Below, piece by piece: positions 40,187 to 48,729 of a stretch of 64,000 nt of DNA. Source of the DNA: Alphaproteobacteria bacterium (GTDB lineage Bacteria; Pseudomonadota; Alphaproteobacteria; SP197); assembly GCA_965228895.1 (NCBI GenBank), contig OZ245842.1, forward strand, positions 2,839,964-2,903,963, written 5' to 3'. Made by a program: the position numbers and the translations under genes. The notes under the pieces were generated by a model, which was not told the DNA's origin, ran no database searches, and was given only the letters and a program-made list of their open reading frames with translations. Position 1 is the first letter of the stretch. Every line of letters begins with the position of its first letter.

Positions 40187-41179
40187 ATGCGGGATTGGTG
40201 GCCACGTCGACGACTTGAACTAGCCGCGCTGTGTTTGGCCGGCCTGCTTCTGACCGGCACGGTCCAGGCGCAGCCGTCCGACTGGCTGTGGGAGTGGACG
40301 GAGACGGACTTCGACACCACGTCGATCTCGTTCGACGAGATCCTCTCCGGTGGCCCGCCCAAGGACGGCATTCCATCGATCGACGACCCGGTGTTTGAAC
40401 CGGTCGCCGACGCTGACCTGCCCGACAACGAACCCATGCTGACGGTCGAGGTCGACGGTCAAGCACGCGCCTATCCGCTGCGCATCTTGATGTGGCATGA
40501 AATCGTCAACGACGAGATCGCTGGCACGCCGCTGACCATCACGTTCTGTCCGCTGTGCAACACCGGCATCGTGTTTCACCGCGATGTCGATGGTCAGATG
40601 CTGGACTTCGGCACCACGGGCAAGCTGCGCAATTCCGACCTCGTCATGTACGACCGCCAGACCGAGAGCTGGTGGCAACAGTTCACCGGCGAGGCAATCG
40701 TGGGGGCCATGACGGGAACGCGCCTGGTGCCCTACCCGTCGCGCCTGGAATCACTCGCGCTGTTCAAAGAACGTTTTCCGTCCGGCGAGATTCTGGTGCC
40801 GTCGAACGACGGGTCACGCCGCTATGGCCAGAACCCCTATGTCGGTTATGACAGTCGATCGGAACCTTACGGTTTCTTTGACGGCGATTTGCCGGAAGGC
40901 ATCGCGCCACTGGCGCGCGTGATCCGGGTTGGCGACAAGGCATGGTCACTCGATTTGCTACGCCAGGAAAAGCGCCTGGAGGATGGCGACATCGTGATCA
41001 CCTGGGAACCCGGCCAGGCGTCCGCGCTCGATAGCGCAACAATCGCGTCGGGTTTCGATGTCGGCAACGTGGTGGTGCAGCGCCAGACGGAGAATGGCTG
41101 GGTCGACGAGGTCTACACGGTCGACTTCGCCTTTGCCTTTCACGCCTTCTATCCGGACTCCGTCATCACGACGCAGTAG
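40187..41179 (+). CDS. DUF3179 domain-containing exported protein
   Basis: A signal-like N-terminus is followed by DGIPSIDDPVFEP, YPLRILMWHEIVND, TFCPLCNTG and FGTTGKLRNSDLVMYDRQTESWWQQ, which match my memory of DUF3179. Confidence 0.65.
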   Translation: MRDWWPRRRLELAALCLAGLLLTGTVQAQPSDWLWEWTETDFDTTSISFDEILSGGPPKDGIPSIDDPVFEPVADADLPDNEPMLTVEVDGQARAYPLRILMWHEIVNDEIAGTPLTITFCPLCNTGIVFHRDVDGQMLDFGTTGKLRNSDLVMYDRQTESWWQQFTGEAIVGAMTGTRLVPYPSRLESLALFKERFPSGEILVPSNDGSRRYGQNPYVGYDSRSEPYGFFDGDLPEGIAPLARVIRVGDKAWSLDLLRQEKRLEDGDIVITWEPGQASALDSATIASGFDVGNVVVQRQTENGWVDEVYTVDFAFAFHAFYPDSVITTQ

Positions 41180-41271
41180 TCGGCGTGCCTCCCTGTCAAA
41201 CAACACTCGATTGCCGGTGGCTGGCGATCTAGTCTTTGGTGGTTCGACTGCCGCCAAGAACCGAGACTGCC

Positions 41272-42141
41272 ATGTCCGTCAACCGAGAACACCAGACCAT
41301 CGCGCATCGTCTGATTGAGCTGCCGGCCTTTGAGCTGGAAGACGGCTTGCCTGGCGAGGCTGCTATTCAGGCCTACGAACGCGATGGTGTCGTATGTCTG
41401 CGCAAGGCCTTCGACGCCGATTGGATCGCCACGCTGGCGGAGGGTATGGAGATTGCCATCGCGGAAGGCCACCGCGAGAGCAAGTTCCACATCGCCGAGC
41501 CCGGCGAACCCGGTTTCTTTTTCTATGACACCTTCATGTGGAAACGCATCGAACAGTTCCAGCGTTTCGCGATGGAGTCACCGGCCGCCGATCTGGCGCG
41601 CCAAATCATGCGCTCTCAGTCGCTCATCTATTACTTCGACTTCATGCTGGTGAAAGAGCCGGGGACCAGCCGCAAGACGCCGTGGCACTACGACGAGGCT
41701 TATTGGCCAATCAGCGGCAGCCAGATCTGCAATCTCTGGACCGCGCTTGACCGCATTCCGGTCGAGACCAGCCTGCGCTTCGTCAGGGGCTCGCACCGCT
41801 GGACCAAGAACTATCGCGCCGTCCACTTCGACCCGAACGACGCGTATGCGGACCTGCCTGACGATCCGGAGCCGCCGGACTGGGACCTCGAGCCGGGCGA
41901 TTACGAGATCGTCTTTGCCGCGCTTGAACCGGGCGACTGTCTGATCTTTCACAACCGCTGCCATCACAGCGCGCCCGGCAACTCGTTGGAGTCAACGCGG
42001 CGCCGAGCGCTCGCGACCCACTGGATCGGTGATGACATCACCTATTACGACAAACCACAGGAAACCGACCCGCCCTATCGCGGCGAAGGTCTGGTCCATG
42101 GCGGCTCCATGGAATGCGAGAGCTTCCCAAGGGTACGTTAG
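41272..42141 (+). CDS. Phytanoyl-CoA dioxygenase (PhyH) family Fe(II)/2-oxoglutarate oxygenase
   Basis: WHYDEAYW is the HxD facial-triad motif. A distal histidine lies in HNRCHHSAP. Size and pattern fit the PhyH family. Confidence 0.7.
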   Translation: MSVNREHQTIAHRLIELPAFELEDGLPGEAAIQAYERDGVVCLRKAFDADWIATLAEGMEIAIAEGHRESKFHIAEPGEPGFFFYDTFMWKRIEQFQRFAMESPAADLARQIMRSQSLIYYFDFMLVKEPGTSRKTPWHYDEAYWPISGSQICNLWTALDRIPVETSLRFVRGSHRWTKNYRAVHFDPNDAYADLPDDPEPPDWDLEPGDYEIVFAALEPGDCLIFHNRCHHSAPGNSLESTRRRALATHWIGDDITYYDKPQETDPPYRGEGLVHGGSMECESFPRVR

Positions 42142-42148
42142 AGCCGAT

Positions 42149-42913
42149 TCAGATCCCGAGCAGGCTCGGCAGATCGGCAATCGATGTAACGCGGTAAGAC
42201 GGTTGCACCGGGGCCTTGGAATCGTCCTTGGTGAACTTGCCGGTCATGACCTGGACGGTCATCAGGCCGGCCTCGGCGCCGCCGCCGATGTCGCTGTCGA
42301 TATCGTCGCCGACCATCATCGTCGTCTCCGGCTGCGCGCCCATGTCACGCAGGGCCATGTCGAAGAATGCCGGTGACGGTTTGCCGACGACGATGGCTTT
42401 TGTTCGTGTCGCATACTCCAGCGCGGCGACGAAAGGGCCGAGATCTAGACCCAGGTCGTCGCCCCGGCGACAGTAACGGTTCTTGTGGAGTGCAATCAGC
42501 AGGGCGCCGGCGCGCATCATGGCGAAGAGATCGTTCAGCCGCTGCCAGGTGAAGTCCTGCTCGAGATCGCCGAGCACGATCGCTTCGACATCGCGTTCAC
42601 ACAGGGTGAAGCCGTCGAGGTCGTCGGCCAGCGTCGAATCGGCGGCCAGATGCACCCGGGTCAAGCCGTGATCATGCAGCACGCCGCGCGCAGCCATGAC
42701 GGGTGTAAAGAGCTGGGTGTCGTCCACGACGAACCCCATGTCGCGCATCCGCGCGGCGATAGCGTGGGCCGGGCGGGTCGTCGTGTTGGTCAGGAAGCGA
42801 AGGGACAGGCCGGCGGCGACCATCTGTTGCACCACCTCGCGCGCGGCGGGATACGGCGCGCCGGCTTCATAGAGAACGCCCTGCAGGTCGAGAAGCACCG
42901 CCCGGACATTCAT
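42149..42913 (-). CDS. HAD-IIA family hydrolase
   Basis: VLLDLQGVL is motif I, LTNTTT is motif II and MVGDDIDSDIGGG is motif IV. Confidence 0.75.
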   Translation of the reverse strand: MNVRAVLLDLQGVLYEAGAPYPAAREVVQQMVAAGLSLRFLTNTTTRPAHAIAARMRDMGFVVDDTQLFTPVMAARGVLHDHGLTRVHLAADSTLADDLDGFTLCERDVEAIVLGDLEQDFTWQRLNDLFAMMRAGALLIALHKNRYCRRGDDLGLDLGPFVAALEYATRTKAIVVGKPSPAFFDMALRDMGAQPETTMMVGDDIDSDIGGGAEAGLMTVQVMTGKFTKDDSKAPVQPSYRVTSIADLPSLLGI

Positions 42914-42922
42914 CGCGAAACG

Positions 42923-44062
42923 CTACCCGTCGGTTGTCTCGAACAGGGTGAGCACGCCGGTATAGGCATAGAGGCGGTCGAACGAGATCTCGCCGTTGCC
43001 GAAGAAACCAACCATCGGCACGTCGCCCAACACCTCGCGCACGATCGCCATCTCGCTCTGGGCGCCATCAAACATGTTGGGGCCGCGCGCCAGGCAGCTG
43101 AAGTAGAGACCTCCGGCCACGTTACCGGCGCGCTTGCGAACGTCGCCGACCATTCGCTTCAGATCGGCTTCCGCGGCCGCGCGGTCGCGGCGGCAGAACA
43201 TCAGGGCATCGCCCATGCCGACACGCTCGCCGATCACCACCGCGCCACTGTTGGGTTCGATGCCGACCAGATTGCGCACCAGATAATCACCGGTATCGGA
43301 TCCGGACACCGGCAGACCAACGTGAAGGGATCCCGACAATTGGCGCGGGTCCGAAATACCCTCAGTCGCCAGTTCCTCGACGAACACATCCATCGCCGGG
43401 CGGTCATTCAAACAATGAACGACGTTCTCATCGACCTTGGTCACCTGATGAATACCGCCCAGCGGCACGCAGCCCTGCGTTAAACCGGTGCTGACGCGCA
43501 CAGAGCTGTCGAAAAGAACACCAGAGATCTCTCGCTCGACCGGGCGCCCCGCCATCTGCATGGTTGCGCCGCGCGACGAACTTAAGCCACCGACCAGATA
43601 GCCGTCGGTATCGCGCGCCAGACCGGCGATCGCCTCGACCAGATTGGGCATACGCGGATCACCATGGACGACGGCGAAACTACCCTGCCCCATCGCGCCG
43701 CCGCGCCGGTCGTCGTAACTGCGGACCGCCTCCTCCGCGCTGGTGAAAAGGCTCAAGGCGTCTTCGGGAAACCTGCCGGTCATCGCCGCAACCGCCGGCC
43801 GGTCAAAGTACTCGCTGCCGGCTGCGCAGATTCCGATGCCGACCGTGCCGCACCAGCTCGTCACACCGGTCGCGGCGGCCAGGAACCCCGCGATTTCACC
43901 GAGGGCGTCGGCGAAATGATCGGTGACATAGACAAAGCCCAGCGTGTCGTCGTCGCGGTCGCCCAAAACCTCGGCAACCGATCGGGCGGCCTGCTGCCAT
44001 GTTTCCGCGCTGGCATGGGCAACGTGAAACTGGCCGGTCACAACGTCAGATGTTTCGTTCAT
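42923..44062 (-). CDS. FIST-domain sensory protein
   Basis: The product is 379 aa. The overall FIST_N/FIST_C pattern is present (…LGFVYVTDHFADALGEI…, …GFFGNGEI… near the C-terminus). This recognition is from memory. Confidence 0.55.
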   Translation of the reverse strand: MNETSDVVTGQFHVAHASAETWQQAARSVAEVLGDRDDDTLGFVYVTDHFADALGEIAGFLAAATGVTSWCGTVGIGICAAGSEYFDRPAVAAMTGRFPEDALSLFTSAEEAVRSYDDRRGGAMGQGSFAVVHGDPRMPNLVEAIAGLARDTDGYLVGGLSSSRGATMQMAGRPVEREISGVLFDSSVRVSTGLTQGCVPLGGIHQVTKVDENVVHCLNDRPAMDVFVEELATEGISDPRQLSGSLHVGLPVSGSDTGDYLVRNLVGIEPNSGAVVIGERVGMGDALMFCRRDRAAAEADLKRMVGDVRKRAGNVAGGLYFSCLARGPNMFDGAQSEMAIVREVLGDVPMVGFFGNGEISFDRLYAYTGVLTLFETTDG

Positions 44063-44182
44063 ATAACCAGAATAGGCTCGCCAACTGACGGGTCAACAGG
44101 ATCACGTCCTTCGCCTATAATGTGACCATGAGAGACCACATCACTTGCCGGCCGTGACCGCGCGATCAACGGCGGCATCACC

Positions 44183-44800
44183 GTGACAGCGAGATGCGGT
44201 TGGTTTCTGGGGTTCGCGTTGTCATGCCTGGTCATCGCACCGGCCACCGCCGAATCGATCACGGTCAAAGGACTGACCTTCACCGATGAGCTCGGCGGGT
44301 TTCGCCTGTTGGCGGCATGGGGCAGCGGTTCGCTCGAAGACCCGATCACGGTGGTCGAAGAAATCACCAGCACCAGGGGCGCCGTCTTGATGATCCGAGG
44401 CGTTGGCCCGCATACCGGCAACGCCATTCCGACCAACCATCCCGCCGGCTTCGCACTGCGCAAGATCGTCACCAACGCGACCAACCAGACCTGGACGTTC
44501 TTTGATATCGAGTTGCAGAAGTTGCTGGGTACACCAAGCGACATCTACGACGGGCTGTCGTTCGGCCAGGATGCGCAGGCCGGGCGGCCGTTTACCTCCA
44601 ATCGATTCGGCCAAAGCGTGTCGCAGGACGAGCCGCGCGATCACGTCACGTTTTTTGATGGCGTGGTCGAACCGGGCGAAACCGTCAGCATGGACTTCGT
44701 CATCACCGCAACCGGTTACGTCACAGAACTGATGCTGCTGCAAAAACCGAACCGCCCGGTCGCATCGATCGACGGCGGCGCCACGGACCACGGCGGATGA
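44183..44800 (+). CDS. Exported protein of unknown function, translationally coupled to the cyclase
   Basis: It has a GTG start and the signal peptide WFLGFALSCLVIAPATAES. The stop TGA overlaps the ATG of the next gene (ATGA at 44797-44800). Confidence 0.5.
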   Translation: MTARCGWFLGFALSCLVIAPATAESITVKGLTFTDELGGFRLLAAWGSGSLEDPITVVEEITSTRGAVLMIRGVGPHTGNAIPTNHPAGFALRKIVTNATNQTWTFFDIELQKLLGTPSDIYDGLSFGQDAQAGRPFTSNRFGQSVSQDEPRDHVTFFDGVVEPGETVSMDFVITATGYVTELMLLQKPNRPVASIDGGATDHGG

Positions 44801-46464
44801 TCGCGCGCATCAGACTGGGCTCCGGGCTGGTGCTTATGGTCTTTCTTGCCAGCCACCTGATCAACCACGCGCTGGGCATCCATTCTCTGGCCTGGATGGA
44901 GGCTGGCCGGCGTGTCTTCGATGGGGTTTGGCGCAGTACGCCGGGCACGGTCGTGCTGTGCGCGGCACTGGTCCTCCATCTGGGCCTGGTCTTCTGGGCG
45001 CTCTACCGGCGCAACAGCCTGGCCATGCCGCCACGCGAGTGGGCCCAGCTCTTGCTGGGGCTCACCATACCGCTGCTGGTCGCAGAACACGTGGCCGGCA
45101 CAAGGGGCGCCAACGAACTGTTCGGCGTCAACGACACTTATCCCTACGTTATCTATGCGCTATGGGTGGACGCGCCGTGGAAAGGCGTTCTGCAGTCGGT
45201 CCTGATCATCACCGCCTGGCTGCACGGCTGCTTGGGGATACACTTCTGGCTGCGCCTGAAACCCTGGTATCGGCGCTGGCAATGGTGCGCCTTCAGCTTG
45301 GCAATCCTGGTCCCCATCCTTGCCCTTGGCGGTTTTGTCGGCGCCGGCATTGACGTCGCGCGCTTGGCCAGTGACCCCGACTGGCTGCCCGAGTTTCTCG
45401 CCTCGACCGGCGTCGGGCGCGTCTTCGAACAGCTCTCAGCCTTCATGGCCCAAGCGCAACTCTGGACGATCGCCGTGGTCGTGGCCTTGGTCGCCACCGT
45501 TCTGCTTCTCAGATGGCTTCGCATGGCATTTGCCGCCCGGCGAAAAGCCCCTCGCCTGACCTACCCCAACGGTCAGGTGGTCGAGATCGCGCCGGGCTCG
45601 ACCGTGCTGGAGACCAGCCGCGCCGCCGACATTCCCCACGCCTCGGTTTGCGGCGGGCGCGGCCGTTGCTCGACCTGCCGCGTCCGGCTGGGCCACGGTC
45701 GAGATGATCTGGAACCGCCCGACGCCGATGAGCGCAAGGTCTTGGAGCGCATCGGCGATCCACCCCATGTCCGCTTGGCGTGTCAGCTTCGCCCGACCGC
45801 GGACCTTGCAGTCACCCCCTTGCTGCCCGCGCACGCCGGCCCCGCCGACGCGGTCATGCGCCAACGACCCGCCGGCGCCGGACGGGAACAGGAGATCGCC
45901 GTATTGTTTGCCGACCTCCGGGGCTTCACCACGCTGTCGGAAGCCAACCTTCCCTATGACACCGTCTTTGTCCTGAACCGCTATTTCGAAGCCATGGGCC
46001 ATGCCATCGAGGGCGCCGGCGGGCAGATCGACAAGTTTATCGGTGACGGCGTCATGGCGCTGTTTGGCGTCGACGGCACGATCGATAATGGATGCCGCCA
46101 GGCACTCGACGCGACGGAGGCCATGAGCCACGCGCTTGCCGCGCTCAACCGTTCGCTCGCCAAGGAGATTGAACAGCCGCTTCGACTCGGCATCGGCCTG
46201 CATGTCGGGCCGGCGGTGATCGGCGAAATGGGGTACGGCGAAACCATGCACATGACGGCAATCGGCGACGTCGTGAACACGGCGAGCCGGCTGGAGGGTG
46301 CGACGAAAGATCTGCGCTGCGATCTCGTTGTCTCAGAGCGTGTCGTGGAGCTGGCCGGCGTGCCCGAGATGCCCGGGTTGCCTCACGATCTGACGGTTCG
46401 CGGCAAGCGGGAAACCCTTCGGGTACGCGCCATCAGCAACCTCGCCGGCACACCAAAGTTATAA
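44797..46464 (+). CDS. Membrane [2Fe-2S]-ferredoxin-domain adenylate/guanylate cyclase
   Basis: About 240 aa of TM helices with conserved histidines (SHLINHALGIH, AEHVAG, WLHGCLGIHFW) come first. A plant-type ferredoxin domain follows (CGGRGRCSTCRV...LACQ). The protein ends in a class III cyclase core (IAVLFADLRGFT, KFIGDGVMALFG). Confidence 0.8.
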   Translation: MIARIRLGSGLVLMVFLASHLINHALGIHSLAWMEAGRRVFDGVWRSTPGTVVLCAALVLHLGLVFWALYRRNSLAMPPREWAQLLLGLTIPLLVAEHVAGTRGANELFGVNDTYPYVIYALWVDAPWKGVLQSVLIITAWLHGCLGIHFWLRLKPWYRRWQWCAFSLAILVPILALGGFVGAGIDVARLASDPDWLPEFLASTGVGRVFEQLSAFMAQAQLWTIAVVVALVATVLLLRWLRMAFAARRKAPRLTYPNGQVVEIAPGSTVLETSRAADIPHASVCGGRGRCSTCRVRLGHGRDDLEPPDADERKVLERIGDPPHVRLACQLRPTADLAVTPLLPAHAGPADAVMRQRPAGAGREQEIAVLFADLRGFTTLSEANLPYDTVFVLNRYFEAMGHAIEGAGGQIDKFIGDGVMALFGVDGTIDNGCRQALDATEAMSHALAALNRSLAKEIEQPLRLGIGLHVGPAVIGEMGYGETMHMTAIGDVVNTASRLEGATKDLRCDLVVSERVVELAGVPEMPGLPHDLTVRGKRETLRVRAISNLAGTPKL

Positions 46465-46533
46465 ACACCCTACCGAAGTCTCGTTGGCCAAGGACCATCC
46501 CTGGGGTAGTTTAAAGCCTGGGGTGACACACAG

Positions 46534-47733
46534 GTGGGTTTAAGATCGGTGCAGAAACGATCCGGTATTTTGGTGTCCGTGGTCTTGGCCAGTGCGCTTG
46601 TGCTGTCGCCGGCCTATGCCGACTTCGAAGCCGGCATGCAGGCCTATGACGCCGGTGACTACGCGGCCGCCATCTCGGAATGGCAGCCGCTGGCCGAACA
46701 AGGCAATCTGGAAGCCCAATTCGGCATGGGCATCATCTATGAGAACGGCCGCGGCATTGGCCGTGATTATACCGAAGCAGCCAAGTGGTATGCCGCCGCA
46801 GCCGAGGGCGGCCATCCCGGCGCCCAGTTCAATCTTGGAAACATCTACCAACAGGGCCTGGGTGTACCCAAGGACCCCTCGCGGGCGGTCTACTGGTGGA
46901 CGTTGTCGGCGGCTCAGGGCTTGTCGGATGCCCAACTGAACCTGGGAATCGCCTATCACCGCGGCGACGGCGTCGCGCGTGACCAGGACTTGGCGTTCTC
47001 GTGGTTCGAGCGGGCGGCCGAAGCGGGCAACCCTATGGGCCAGTTCTCCGCCGGTTACGCCTATGAAACCGGCCTGGGGACCGAGGTCAATTTGAATGAA
47101 GCACGCCGCCTCTACGCGGCGGCTGCCGAAGCCGGTATCCAGCAGGCTGCAAATCGGCTGGCCGTTCTGGGTCCGCCCGATGACGTGGCCGCCACCGAAC
47201 TCGTCCCCGAACCGGTCATGGAGACCGAGCCCGTCGAGTCGATTGAGTCGGCCGAGGTGATTCTGGAAGACGCGCCAAGCGAGGACATCACGGAGACCGA
47301 GCCCGTCGAGACAGACGAGGTCGCGGAAACCGTGCCGGAGCCGACCGTTGGCGACAGCGGTACGGAGCCGACAACCGATAGTTCGGCGATCGACTACAGC
47401 GCGGTCGAAGCGACCGAGACGGTCGAAACTGTCGAAACAGCCGCTGTCGAGACCGAGACGACCGTTGCCCCCGCGCAAGGCGGCGGCCCCTATATCCAGA
47501 TCGCCGCATACCTGAGCGAAGACCGTGCCGAGGCCGCGTGGCAGGACATTACCGGGCGGTTTCCCGATCTGCTGGGCGGCCTGCCCCACCGTGTCTTGAT
47601 GGTCGATCTTGGTGGTGAATTGGGCACGGTCTATCGCCTGCAGGCCGGACCGATGCCGGCCCAGGCTGAAGCGCAGGCTATCTGTAACGAGCTAAAGGCC
47701 AAGAACGCCGATTGTTTCCTGGTTGGACCTTAG
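46534..47733 (+). CDS. Sel1-repeat protein with an acidic linker and a C-terminal SPOR (peptidoglycan-binding) domain
   Basis: A signal-like N-terminus is followed by repeated Sel1 units (AQFGMGIIYENGRGIGRDYTEAAKWY...), a Glu/Thr/Pro-rich linker and a SPOR-like end (YIQIAAYLSEDRAEAAW...YRLQAGPM). Confidence 0.7.
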   Translation: MGLRSVQKRSGILVSVVLASALVLSPAYADFEAGMQAYDAGDYAAAISEWQPLAEQGNLEAQFGMGIIYENGRGIGRDYTEAAKWYAAAAEGGHPGAQFNLGNIYQQGLGVPKDPSRAVYWWTLSAAQGLSDAQLNLGIAYHRGDGVARDQDLAFSWFERAAEAGNPMGQFSAGYAYETGLGTEVNLNEARRLYAAAAEAGIQQAANRLAVLGPPDDVAATELVPEPVMETEPVESIESAEVILEDAPSEDITETEPVETDEVAETVPEPTVGDSGTEPTTDSSAIDYSAVEATETVETVETAAVETETTVAPAQGGGPYIQIAAYLSEDRAEAAWQDITGRFPDLLGGLPHRVLMVDLGGELGTVYRLQAGPMPAQAEAQAICNELKAKNADCFLVGP

Positions 47734-47736
47734 ATC

Positions 47737-48129
47737 CTACTGAGCGTCCGGGCTGTTGGCTTTCAGATAGGCAATGACGTTGGCGATGTCGTCCTCCTTG
47801 GTCAGGCGGAACGTCATTTTGACGCCAGAGATGTATTTGGTCGGCCCGGCCAACCATTCGGTCAGTGTTGCTTCGTCCCAAACGATGCCGGATTCGGGCA
47901 GCTTGCCGGAATCGAGCGATCCCGCTTCGTTTGAACCCGCCGCGCTGCCGTAGACCCCAAACAAATTTGGACCTTGCTTCGGTGCGCCGCCTTGTTCGAT
48001 CGTGTGGCAGACCTTGCAGCGGTTGAACACCTTCTCACCTTGGGCAACATCGCCTTCGGCCCAAGCCGATTGCGCGGTGAGCCCAAGAGCGAGCGTGAGC
48101 AAAGATCCGAAAGCGGCAACACGTTTCAT
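47737..48129 (-). CDS. Periplasmic class I cytochrome c (c2-like)
   Basis: There is a signal peptide. CKVCHTIE is the haem-binding motif. The distal methionine lies in GVKMTFRLTKEDDIANVIAYL. Confidence 0.85.
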   Translation of the reverse strand: MKRVAAFGSLLTLALGLTAQSAWAEGDVAQGEKVFNRCKVCHTIEQGGAPKQGPNLFGVYGSAAGSNEAGSLDSGKLPESGIVWDEATLTEWLAGPTKYISGVKMTFRLTKEDDIANVIAYLKANSPDAQ

Positions 48130-48227
48130 CGAAACACTCCGTTAAGAAAGAACTGAAAAACCGTGCAGGTCAATACGATCGTCAGGCGGGATGTTACAAA
48201 TCAAATAACACTGTTCTTACGATCCTC

Positions 48228-48716
48228 TTACGATCCCGTGCACTCACCGCAGTTTTCGACCGGCAGATCCCTGGCCAACCATCCCGGACCGTCGCCGCTG
48301 CCGACCATGCCCTCGCCAATATCGTAGATCTGTTCAAACCCCTCGCCCTCCAGAAGGACATGCGCGATCGCGGAACGAACGCCGGCGGCGCAAATCAACG
48401 CGATCGGGCGTGACCTGTCGCCACCGGCAAGAGCCGTGACCTCTTCGACAAAATCCAGGTTCGGCAGACCATAGGCCAGAAACAGACTTGCCCTGCCAGC
48501 GCCCTCAGGAATACCGGTTTCGCGCCACTCCGATTCCGTCCGGATGTCGACAATCAGAAGCTCGCCCTGGCCAGACTGCTGCCATGCGTCCGGTGCCGAG
48601 AGCAGACCGTCGCCCTCCGCATAAGCCGGCGCAATAACAAAGAACACGAGCGCAAAAGCAAGGGATGGGCCGCGAACGGCCCATCCCCAGATCATCAAGC
48701 AGACGTTGGTTGTCAT
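48228..48716 (-). CDS. Exported single-domain rhodanese (sulfurtransferase)
   Basis: The start is the ATG at 48716. The signal peptide is ...LAFALVFFVIAPAYAEG. The active-site loop is CAAGVRS. LIVDIRTESEW is typical of the rhodanese fold. Confidence 0.75.
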   Translation of the reverse strand: MTTNVCLMIWGWAVRGPSLAFALVFFVIAPAYAEGDGLLSAPDAWQQSGQGELLIVDIRTESEWRETGIPEGAGRASLFLAYGLPNLDFVEEVTALAGGDRSRPIALICAAGVRSAIAHVLLEGEGFEQIYDIGEGMVGSGDGPGWLARDLPVENCGECTGS

Positions 48717-48729
48717 CGGTTGATGATGA

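Noticed and set aside
46540-47589. 349-aa minus-strand ORF antisense to the Sel1/SPOR gene.
   Set aside because: The plus-strand frame shows regular Sel1 repeats and a SPOR domain. The antisense frame has no features.
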